Under the pieces are notes generated by a model that was given only the letters and a program-made list of their open reading frames with translations, was not told the origin of the DNA and made no database searches. From the NCBI RefSeq assembly GCF_009914755.1, contig NC_060929.1: a stretch of DNA of 64,000 bases. One strand, 5' to 3'. This document shows positions 34,258 to 46,216 of the stretch, one piece after another (position 1 is the stretch's first letter; each line of letters starts with the position of its first letter). This DNA is from the human T2T-CHM13v2.0 reference genome, Homo sapiens. The position numbers and the translations under genes are program-made.

Positions 34258-34935
34258 ATGGGGAAAAAACAGAACAGAAAAACTGGAAACTCTGAAAAGC
34301 AGAGCGCCTCTCCTCCTGCAAAGGAACGCAGTTCCTCATCAGCAACGGAACAAAGGTGGATGGAGAATGACTTTGATGAGCTGAGAGAAGAAGGCTTCAG
34401 ACGATCAAATTACTCTGAGCTACGGGAGGACATTCAAACCAAAGGCAAAGAAGTTGAAAACTTTGAAAAAAATTTAGAAGAATGTATAACTAGAATAACC
34501 AATACAGAGAAGTGCTTAAAGGAGCTGATGGAGCTGAAAACCAAGGCTCGAGAACTGCATGAAGAATGCAGAAGCCTCAGGAGCCGATGCGATCAACTGG
34601 AAGAAAGGGTATCAGCGATGGAAGATGAAATGAATGAAATGAAGCGAGAAGGGAAGTTTAGAGAAAAAAGAATAAAAAGAAATGAGCAAAGCCTCCAAGA
34701 AATATGGGACTATGTGAAAAGACCAAATCTACGTCTGATTGGTGTACCTGAAAGTGATGGGGAGAATGGAACCAAGTTGGAAAACACTCTGCAGGATATT
34801 ATCCAGGAGAACTTCCCCAATCTAGCAAGGCAGGCCAACGTTCAGATTCAGGAAATACAGAGATATACATTCTTAACCATGTTTAGGTATGTGTATTATT
34901 ATTTATACTTTTCTTTGAATAGTATTAAACATTGA
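34258..34935 (+). CDS. L1 ORF1p N-terminal 202 aa fused to 23 flank-derived residues
   Basis: MGKKQNRKTGNS...IQEIQR then YTFLTMFRY...; open frame. Confidence 0.8.
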   Translation: MGKKQNRKTGNSEKQSASPPAKERSSSSATEQRWMENDFDELREEGFRRSNYSELREDIQTKGKEVENFEKNLEECITRITNTEKCLKELMELKTKARELHEECRSLRSRCDQLEERVSAMEDEMNEMKREGKFREKRIKRNEQSLQEIWDYVKRPNLRLIGVPESDGENGTKLENTLQDIIQENFPNLARQANVQIQEIQRYTFLTMFRYVYYYLYFSLNSIKH

Positions 34936-35557
34936 TTTAAACTTTATCAAATATAAAAATATTTTTCTGAAGGTTTAATTGATATTTAGTGAGACAACAT
35001 TTGCTTATTCAAAAAATTGATATTCAATCTATGCTTTGAAAAATGCAATGTCCATTTCAACCTATATCTGAGAGTCGTTTAAATGCTATATGATAATTAG
35101 TTGATTTTAGATATACAGCTAATTCCTCACTAAGCCACATTATATAAGCCATTCTGTATCTTTTTAACATGGTAGCTTTTAAAAAAAATTATTCATTATT
35201 ATTGTACTGTTCAGTATTTCTTCTCATCTATTAGTCAAAAATTTGCTAATATATTACTCAATAGATTAATGTATTCTAATAAAAATGATTGTATACAATT
35301 AAATATATTCACATGGAATCATCAACAACAATCCGTTATCATTTTGCAATTTCTATGGCAGTAGACGGGAAGCTTTTCCCATTAGAGATGTTTTCTGAAG
35401 AGATCTGGCAAGACTTTATACAATTTTTAAACAAATATTCTAATACATATCAAATAACACTATTTTTCTGTTGTTTAAATCACTTACTTTTGTTTTTTTA
35501 CTTATATACTTTGCTATACTGATTTTCCTGATGCTTCCTTGTTTTTGTTTTTTTTTT

Positions 35558-36480
35558 ATGAAGTCGTCAGTCAGGTGCAACCACAAGAGGGGACACAGAA
35601 GAGTGACCGGAAAACAAAACGTATTATATTCACATGTTCGGGAGAGATAGAGTGACAGCATGCAACGCAGGGGACCATGTGAGAGGAGCACCAATGGCAC
35701 AGGCTCTACTAAGTAGTGTTACTGAAACAACAGAGGTTTGGTCTAGGTCCTGTTGCTTGCCATACAGAAAGCCAATCAGTGAGTCAACCAATATTTCCAG
35801 GAAAGAAGGCATTAGTATGGTGTTGCAGCTGAGGAGATGGGAGATCAGTTTCAAATCCGTCTCCTCAACTGACTAAAATTAGGAGTTTATTTAGCAGGGA
35901 AGAAGTGTAACCATGTGAGGTAAAATGGAAATTAGAGAGGGGTAAAGAAGAGGAGTTAGTCAACAGGAAGTAGGTGGACAGTTAGGCAATCACGATGGGT
36001 GAAAGGGTCTGGCATTTCAATGTCCAGATGCTGTCATCTGATGAGTTTCAGTGCCTTGATACTATCTGGGAGCCCTATTGGTTGGTTTCCTGGGAAAGGG
36101 ACTTGGGTAAGACAAAAGTAACATTCTCAAGTTTTAAGACTGGGAGGATCAATTTCTATGTTCATTCAAAAGAAACTATAAACATCAGTTCTATGGGACA
36201 ATTGAGCTGGTTTCACAGGTGTGGAGTTGAAAGAGCATAAAGACCCAGCGGCAAGTGGCTTTACTGGGGTTCAGGGTGGTGAACACAAGCAAAAGGTGCA
36301 AGACAATTTCCTTGATACATTTGAATGTCACGAGGCCACAGCCATGTGAGGGCAAGAAAGGGAGCTTGTAGCAGGGGCTAGTCTTATCATGCTGGTATGC
36401 CTGGTTACCTCGGTGGGGTGTTCACAGCCTGTTTGTGTGAATGTTGAGACAACAGGAAAATATAGAGATTTAAAATTACA
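35558..36480. mobile_element. Older LTR (unassigned, ERVL-type) interrupted by a second LTR
   Basis: GC-richer LTR-like sequence on both sides of 35717-36215; TG..CA ends. Confidence 0.45.
35717..36215 (-). mobile_element. ERV1 MER4-group solo LTR (MER66-like)
   Basis: Reverse strand begins tgaaaccagctcaattgtcccatagaactgatg; TG..CA ends. Confidence 0.7.
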
Positions 36481-36589
36481 ATAGTCTGTAAATTTTTTTT
36501 CCTAAGTGATTCAAAAAGTAAGAAATTTTGTTTTTTTTTTTTTGTTTTGCAAAGCATGTAATCATTAAAAGCTTTTTCCTTCCTTTATT

Positions 36590-37130
36590 TATAAAAGTCA
36601 ATACATGGTAGTCACATTTTAAAATTTCTATGTCCTTTTAAGTTCTTAATGAAGTATAACGTCTGTAGAAAATTGTGCCCATATCGTAAACTTCAGTGGA
36701 TTCTATAATCAGAAGACACTTGTTTAATCAGTCAGATCAAAAACAGTATAATGCCATCATCCCAGAACATTCTCATTTCAGTCACTAGTTAACTACTCAC
36801 TTGACATCTAAAACCAAAGGTTAGTGTTACACTTTTTTTGTATTTAATATAAATGAAATTATTCATTGTGTACATAGTGTATAATTAATCTCATTGTGTG
36901 ACTATTCCTCAATTAACTTATGTCTTCTCCTGTAGCTGGGCATTTGGGTAGTTTTTAGTTTTAGCTCACAAATAATGCTGCTCTGAATATTCTCCTGAAT
37001 GTCTTTTATTGAAAATACTGATGCACTGCTGTTCGGTTTAGGTATGTACATAGGCACGGAATTGCTTTTTGAAAATAAGTATGTTCGCCTTTTGCAGATA
37101 CTGTAGAGAGTTTTCTGAATCAGCCTTCTG
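36590..37130 (-). mobile_element. Old L1ME 3' fragment
   Basis: gggcatttgggtagtttttagttttagc..aataatgctgctctgaatattc motifs. Confidence 0.6.
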
Positions 37131-37527
37131 CTTAAGTTTTGAGGTACATAATTTTATTTAATATTTATAAGAAACCTAAAAGCTCAGTTTTTATTTTCTT
37201 AAACATTCAGAGATATGTATTTTACTTTTATAATATTTTTATTTATATTATTTAAATTACATTATTAATTAAAACTTTATAATATTGTGGTAAGAAAATG
37301 TGACTTAAAACTCTATTTATACATTTTCAAAGTTGGTTGTAACCTATTTTAAAATGTCCAAAATATGTTAGAAACATAAGAAACAGTTAGTTAGCTACAT
37401 GAAGTGATAAGTACAGAGAAAAATCAGTCTACAGTTACATAAATCCCTGACACCATTTTTTTCTATTGCCTTTTTATTGTTTTCCAGTTTTTTGTTTTCT
37501 CTTCACTATTACTGTGTTCCCTGTTAA

Positions 37528-37847
<320 letters not shown>

Positions 37848-38399
37848 AACTTCTCTTTGTACTTTTAATATTTCTTTCATTTTCATGCATGTCATATAGT
37901 ATTCAATGGTTTCAGGTTAATTATATCTCTATTTTAGACTGGAATATTTGTCAATATTAATTGACATTTCTTCTATTCTTTATTACTTTTAAAAAAAATT
38001 CTACCTTGTATATAACTCTTTATTTCTTTGTCAAAAATTTGGGTAATTTGGTTTCAATTGTCTCTATATTGGAAGATCTTTTGTCTTTTAATTTAAAATA
38101 TTAGACTTTGTGTTTCAGGAATTTAATGAAAAATGTTTATTGCTGTAACACTTATAACTATGTTAATGTTCCCTTTTGTCTTATGGCCTCTATTGTGGCT
38201 GTATTTTTATATTTTATTTTACTTTCTTAACAGTTTTTTTAATCTCATTCAAATCTATTTTTGGCTTTTATGTGTTCATTGTAGCCTGTTTTTTCCATGT
38301 GATCTTTTTTTCCTATTTCATAGATATTACATATTTTTATATGATGATGAACAGCAAAAGATTTCTTAAAAATTTCTTCTAGATTATTGATTCTTTTGT

Positions 38400-38790
38400 C
38401 TGACACATATGCACTAAGCTCTCACTATGTTCTAAAAACTGTTCTTGTTCTTGAGAATAGACCAACTATTGAGACTAGAAAATATCCCAGCACTTGAGAA
38501 GTATAAATCATGGCAGGGACAGCTGGGGTGAGGGGGAGGGGGCAATCAATAAACAATGTAGAAAATAAAAGAGAACTAACATAGTAGATTAAGAAATTGA
38601 TGTTTGAACAAAATCAAACAGATCAAGAAATTTTCAGAGTGCACTGGGGCAGCTGATGTCCCACAGTAGTCAGGAAAGGCCTCTGTTAGAAAGTAAAACT
38701 GAAGGAGTAAGCCAATTCTGTGGGTGAAGTCATATCCAGACAAAATAATTATCTTGTTCAAAAGCTCTGAATCAGGGCTTGTATAAAAAC
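38400..38790 (-). mobile_element. L2 fragment
   Basis: gtagtcaggaaaggcctctgttagaaagtaaaactgaaggagtaagcca L2-like motifs. Confidence 0.5.
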
Positions 38791-41390
38791 ACATATCCTT
38801 ACCTGTGGCAAAATGTTATTTCCACATACGTTTGCATCTTAATATTGTCAAAGCATCATTTTTAAGTCTAATACAGTCCTTGCTCCAATTATCACAAATG
38901 AGGGGAGAAATTCATTTTTCCTCCTTTGGATGAACTTAATCTGAGTAACTCATCAGGGATTTTTAAGGTATATGATGACCTGCTGTTTGTTAAAATAAAA
39001 CATAAAGAGCTGGTTAAAATAATTAGAAGTTGATTTTTTAATTATTAACTTAGAACCACTTTGTATGCTTCCAATTAATTTAGAAGTTGCCACTCAAAGG
39101 AAGGAGCATTTAAGTAGCATTTGATCTTCAGAAATAAATGCTTTGCTAAGTCATCATAAGCTTTTTAAATCACTCTCCTTTGAAAAGAAAAGAATGTGTT
39201 CCTTTGTGTAATCCAACTTAAACCCTAAAGTTTTGCATTGTGTTCAAAGGAAGTTTTTTCAATTTTCTTCGCAAAATAAATATATCTAGATACACAGTAA
39301 TTTGACAGTAGACTAGAGTTTGAACATATTTCACAGAAAATTAAAAATTTGCTATAGCATTTAATTTTCTGTAAGAATGATTAGAGCTTTGATGTTCAAA
39401 GGACAGATCTAACAATATTAAAGCAGTATCAAAATGCATATAAAGTTCTTTAAGTTAAATAAATATTAGCAACTTTAAGTAAATGTTCACAACTTAAAAT
39501 TCTACGAATGTATGTGTTTGTGTAATCATTGACATAATTAATTGGTATAAAAAAGCCTGATTCAAACTTTCAATGATGAATTTCTGTGGAAATATTACCC
39601 TTAGAACATGTAATACAAATGCCCACATTTGTCGTTTACAAAAGGGCAAGAAGAAAAACTGATTGTAAATGCCTTAAGTATTATCTCAGAAAAGTATTTT
39701 TACTAAGCTACCCTAAATAGGAAACTTTGTTTATTGTACACTTGAGTCTTTAGTGGGTGAAAATCAATTATAAATTTAATGCCTTGCAAACAGCACCTCT
39801 GTTTATCTTTCATACACTTTAATCTGATTTTACCACCTTTCTAGCAGTGGAAGATCCCCCAATTCATTGCACTAATAAGTAAATAAACGGGGTTTCCCAT
39901 CAAGGTTCTCATTTCATTTTAGAATCCAACACATTTTTTATTCAACATTTTATTATTTTTTCCCAGCCCCAACATGTTATTTACTATTTTCTTCTGTATT
40001 TTAAATATGCCTTTTCTGAATTTACCACTATTTCTCCAACATATTCACAATAAAAACTTGTAAATTTATTTTTCAAATTCATGCTAAAGTATCAAAGGGA
40101 ATGGGCTAAAGTTACCGCCTAAAAAGCCCCTCAATCCTTTGATGTAATGCCTCTCCTCACAGTGTTCGACAGACAAGATTTTCACTTTTATGTTTCTCCA
40201 CTAGAGAAACAATGGGAATGTTAGAAAAACTTAGAGAGAAAGTTGATCTCATTGAAAAATGATTTAACATTTGAAAGTATTGGCTGACTTACCCTAATAT
40301 TTGAGTTCATTTCTCTTTTGAAAACAAAAAGCTTTTTATTCCTTTTGGTAATCCAACCTCAAGCCTAAAAAATCTACATTCAGTTCTACATTGGCTTATA
40401 ATATTTTTGGCAAAACAAGTTTTCCCAGTATCATAAAATGTGTCTATTTGACTGAAAAATAAAATGGTTCTTAATTACTTACAATAATTTCCCAAATAAA
40501 TCATATGTAAATAGCTATTTTGTAACACTGACGATAAAAAGAATATCATATACTTTTAAGGCAGGACAAATCTTTATCATCCTTCAATTTATATATTTGG
40601 GTAAGCTCATATTTTGCCAACAATCAACGACTTCGAAGGAAATTGCTATAGGGCAATTTAGAACAATGTTTTAGTCCTTTTTAAGAACAAAACAAAATTA
40701 GAAAAGACAAAAATTTTAAAAATTCATGTTAATTTTTCTCATATACTGACTCAAGCTCTCAAATGGAATCTATATTTAAAAAGTAGAGGATTATTGATTT
40801 CAAGTGCTATGGGAAAAATGACACACAGAGTATTGCAAAATCTATTTCAAACTGGAAAGAAGATTCTTGAAGACGTAAAATATAAACAGTGTTGACATAA
40901 ACAACCTGGTTTAATAGTAGCCAATAGCTGAGATATATCTGTTTAAAGTGGAACAATTTTTAGCAGATAATTTTCTGTTCATAAAACCAACTGCCTATAC
41001 ACACAAACAAAAGAATGCTCACATTCTTTACCTGCGCTTTCAAACATAATTTAGCGTTCTGCAGGAGTGTGAAACTGTTCATGTTATGACAACTGTGTTT
41101 TAAAGATTTAAAAAGTAAATCATCACTTGGATGTTTCTAAAAACAAAGGTGCATGACTCAAGACATGTAATGTCTGCCTGATTTTATCCACTCTCTTTGA
41201 TGGATACTTGTGTATGAGACAAGTCTGGATTCTAGTGGTTCAATCGCTGTTTCCTTATTGTCCCTGTTTTACTATTTTTACTAGGACAAAATGCTTGCTG
41301 TATTTTTCTCTTCCACATTAAGGGATACACTGAAGCATTTTACATGAATACTATAGAGGTAAAAAAAGATGATTTAGTAACAATAGAACC

Positions 41391-41454
41391 ACATATATAT
41401 ATACACATATATACACATGTACACATATATACACATATATACATATATATATAT
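41391..41454. repeat. (TA/CA)n microsatellite
   Basis: Direct reading. Confidence 0.9.
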
Positions 41455-42029
41455 CCTTTATACTTCTAATCTTTAATATTCTTAAAGAGAATAACTATTG
41501 CTTTAAAATTTTAAAATTCAATGATCTTATTTGGTCTATGTCATGTCTACTCAAAATTTTGGTGTTATAAGCTAATTAATATAGTGACATTATGACAAAA
41601 CGTATCAGACAATTAATTAATCCAGCTAAATATTTAATGAGAAATTTTATTGACAGAAAGATCAAATGTAAGGTTCAGTTGCTACTTAGAAATAAAATAC
41701 AAGACATCTTTTCATCCTCTCTTATAAAAATTATATATATATATCTTGTTTATCACTTATGAATTTATCAGTTCATTTGTACAAAAATTGGTTTCAAACT
41801 GTTTAAAAAATCTGTCATTTTTCTGGCTAGAAAAACTCTGATGTGGCAACCACTCTATGAAAAGTGGATTTTGCGAGGACTCCACCTGTTATATAAAGCA
41901 GCTCCCTATTGTGTTGCTAGATGTTATGCACCAGCTTTAAGACAAATGGCTCAATATTACATAGCTGGTTTAAGAAACAGGCTTTCCCAGGGAAATGAAA
42001 ACTTACATAGAAAACCAGCCTGCATAAAA

Positions 42030-43280
42030 GTAAATGAGGCCAAATCAAAACCACAATGAGACTCCATTTCATGCCCATTAGAATGGCTATTATAAATCAA
42101 CCCAAAACAATTTCTAAAAGAGCTAAAAATAGAACTGCCTTTCAATCCAGCAATCCCAACAAGTACTGGTAAGGATGTGCAGAAATTGAAGCCATTGTGC
42201 ATTGCCAGCGGCAATGTAAAATGATGTAGCTGCTAAGAAAAAGAGAATGGCAGTTCTTCAAAATATTAAACAAAGAATTACCATACAATCCAACCATTCC
42301 ACTTTAGAGAATATACCCTATAGAATTAGAATTGAAAGCACAGGTTTGAACAGATATCTGTACATCCATCTTCAAAGAAGCATTATCCAAAATATCTAAA
42401 AGGTGGAAGCAACCCAAATGCCCATCGACACAGGAATAAATAGGCAAAATGTGACATAAACATACAATGATGTATTATTCAGCCTTAACAGGCAGATTAT
42501 TCTGCAAAATGCCACAGCACGGATAAACCTTGAAGACATTAGGCTATGTGAAATCAGCCAGTCACAAAAGGGCAACTATTGTCTAATTCCACTTACATGA
42601 AGTACCGCTAGATGCAGGAGGCAGATGAGCGAGGGTCCCCGGAAAATGTCTGACCCACCCCACAAGTGTTTTCTTCAGATGCTTTTGTGCACGGGAGGAA
42701 ACCTGTCCAGGGTCTTATCTGCACATGCTGGCAACAGACTGGGGCCGGCTTGCACACTGGGAGAATGGTGTGGGGCCATGGGAAGTTGGTGCCTTGTGCA
42801 GTGAGGAGGAGCCTGGACTCTTCAGCTCATATGTGGTGGCCTGGTATTCAATCTGTGAGGTGGGAGTCTGTTGACAGGATGCCTTTTCTTTGCTGAAAGA
42901 TTTCTCTTAATAAATTCTGCTCTCCTCACCTTTCAACATGTCTGTGTGCCTAATTTTTTCCTGGTCATGGAACAAGACCCAGGGTTTTAGCTGAGTTAAG
43001 GAGCAAAAATCCTGCATCAGTAACAACAGTAGTCAAATTCATAGAGACAGAAAGTAGAAAGAGACAGACAGTAGACAGAAGCTGGGGTGAAGGGGACTGG
43101 TGCGTTATTTAATGGGTATGGAGTTTCAATTTGGGAAGATGAAAAAGTTCCATCGATGGATGATAGTGATGATTGCACAACAATATGAATATACTTAATG
43201 CCACTGAACTGTTTGCACTTAAAATGGTTAAATTGATTTGTTACGTTTTATGTATATTTTACCATGATAACAAAAGAAAG
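42030..43280 (+). mobile_element. L1MB 3' end interrupted by an LTR
   Basis: caaatcaaaaccacaatgag...gtagtcaaattcatagagacagaaagtag...gcacttaaaatggttaa. Confidence 0.85.
42606..43019 (+). mobile_element. ERV1 solo LTR (MER61/LTR27-like)
   Basis: AATAAA at ~42909, ends gagcaaaaatcctgcatca; TSD gtac/gtaa; splits the L1MB. Confidence 0.7.
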
Positions 43281-44210
43281 GAAGGCATGGGTTTTCCTTC
43301 CATCTTTGCCACACAGGGAGATGGATGACAAAGCCAACGTGCTGCTGGGCTCCTATGGTTAGTCTGATTTTTCTTGGAAAGACTCACCCCTGGTCTTTCT
43401 TTTCTTTTATAGGTTCAAACTTCAAAGCTTGTCAATTTGGAATATGCAGAGTGCTTGATGCCAAGAAGTATCAATTTAGGATGCCACTTGCCTGTATGCA
43501 TTATGTGGGCAAACCAGATTCCCAGCATCCAGAGTTAGCTTGAGACCCATAGGATTTTGTAGTTGCTTTTGTCAGGAAGTAAAGCCACATTTCTCATGGG
43601 GAAAGCTAAGAAAGTTCCTCTTGATAGATGAGGGGGAGGCCCTTGGTCTCAGTGAACTCTTTGTCTGGTTCTCCCGGGGTGAGCTCCTGAGTTTCTTCTG
43701 CCTCTTGTACTGCATAACAGTCCTGCCCGTTGTCCTTCATAACAACAGGGAATTTTTCCATAGGAAAACATGTTATGTGGGCTAACAAAATTTCATTTTA
43801 AAATTATGACATTTTGCCCAAATGAAGACACTAATCAACTCAATCCTCTTCCCATTCCTATTTTACCATTGCTTCTGTTTTTTCTTGATTTCTATGACAA
43901 TGAAGACTTTAAATTTCTTTTGTCTTTATGATTGTTCCTGCTAGTCAATTCTGTCTTCTGACCAGGCCCTAAAAAATATTTTGCAGTCATCTATCCTCAT
44001 ATTTTTCTCTTATATATGATACAATTATATTAATGGATGTAGGTATTTTAAAAATTATAAAGATACGTTTATTTGCAATGATGATTTAATAAGCTTATTT
44101 TCTCTTTCTCCAGAAATACCGATCAAATAATATTCAATAACAAAATGATACAAACCTACAAAAGGAAGGGCACAGGACAGGAAGAAGTATGAACAAGAAA
44201 AAAAAAAATA

Positions 44211-44613
<403 letters not shown>

Positions 44614-44739
44614 CTAAATATAGCAATTTTATTAAGTTATATATAATAATATTGAGATTTTAAAATACAGTGATGGAAAAACTAGAACACTTAAAGATAG
44701 AACAGCCAACTTCTCATCAGAAATATGAAAGTTATAAGG

Positions 44740-45060
44740 CAAATAGTTTTCACAGTATAGTTCTAGAACCAGCAATATTGGCATCACTTTGAACATGATT
44801 AGAAATTCAAACTCTCAAGACCTACCCAGATCCACTGATTTGGAAACTATATCAGTAATCTGGTTTTTTTAATAATTTTTTTAATTTGTAATTTTTTAAT
44901 TATTATTTTTGTAGAGACGAGGTCTTGCTGAGTTGCCTAAGCTGGTCTTGAACTCCTGGACTCAAGTGATCCTCCTACCTCGGCCTCCCAAAAGCAGCAA
45001 TCTATGTTTTAACAGACTCTCCCTGTGATTCTCATGTGTGTTTATGTTTGAGAACCACTG
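44740..45060. mobile_element. MER5A (hAT-Charlie) interrupted by an Alu left monomer/FLAM (44863-44992, minus)
   Basis: Ends tttgagaaccactg; duplicated cag(t/c)aatct..gtttt around the monomer. Confidence 0.75.
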
Positions 45061-45230
45061 CTTCAAGACAATGAGGTCCTTATCTACCTGCTAGAGCCGG
45101 GGATGTTTACTAATGGACTGATATATTACCTAAGATTTCGGCTATGATTTAATACAGATATGAGAAGAAATATGATTTTCATTTTAAGATGACTCAGATA
45201 GTGTTAACTAGGGATGGATTAAATTGAGAG

Positions 45231-45493
45231 CCCAGGCTGGAGTGCAGTGGCGTGATCTTGGCTCACTGCAAGTTCCCATCTCCAGAGTTCACACCATTCT
45301 GCTGCCTCAGACTCCGGAGTAGCTGGGACTCAGGAGCACGCCACCACGCTCGGCTAATTTTTTTGTGTTTTTTTTAGTAGAGATGGGGTTTCACCGTGTT
45401 AGCCAGGATGGTCTCGATCTCCTGACCTTGTGATCCGCCCGCCTCAGCCTCTCAAAGTGCTGGCATTAGAGGCGTGAGCCACTGCACCCTGCC
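45231..45493 (-). mobile_element. AluY-like lacking its 3' end and A-tail
   Basis: Starts at cccaggctggagtgcag; flanks taaattgagag / taaattgaaag. Confidence 0.9.
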
Positions 45494-45517
45494 TAAATTG
45501 AAAGTTTACGGAATCTG

Positions 45518-45822
<305 letters not shown>

Positions 45823-46216
45823 AAGGTTTACTGAATCTGAAATGTTTGTGATCCAGGCAAAAAGTGCTAAATATCTAATACAGGGAAGTAATTGGGAGCT
45901 CTGTTCTTTCTGCTCAAATTTTCTGTTAACATAAACTGCTCTAACAAATAATATATTACTTTTGAAAATGTACTGTATTTTAATCTGCTGTGGGTTGCCT
46001 TTAACAACATGAATGGATACTTAATAAGAAAATGTCATTTTAATCATTTATTGGCTTTTTAAAAAATATATATGTAATAGAAATTTATATCCTAAAATAT
46101 ATCCTTTTGCTTTAGAATGATGGCAGAGCTATATAACTTTGGCAAATTTGGGTGGATTATATTTGAATCACTAATTGCTAATACTAAATTATCTCACTAG
46201 ACCTTTTAACACTGTG

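Noticed and set aside
38800-41830. Long repeat-poor stretch as a possible conserved enhancer
   Set aside because: Nothing in the sequence alone supports function; needs conservation data
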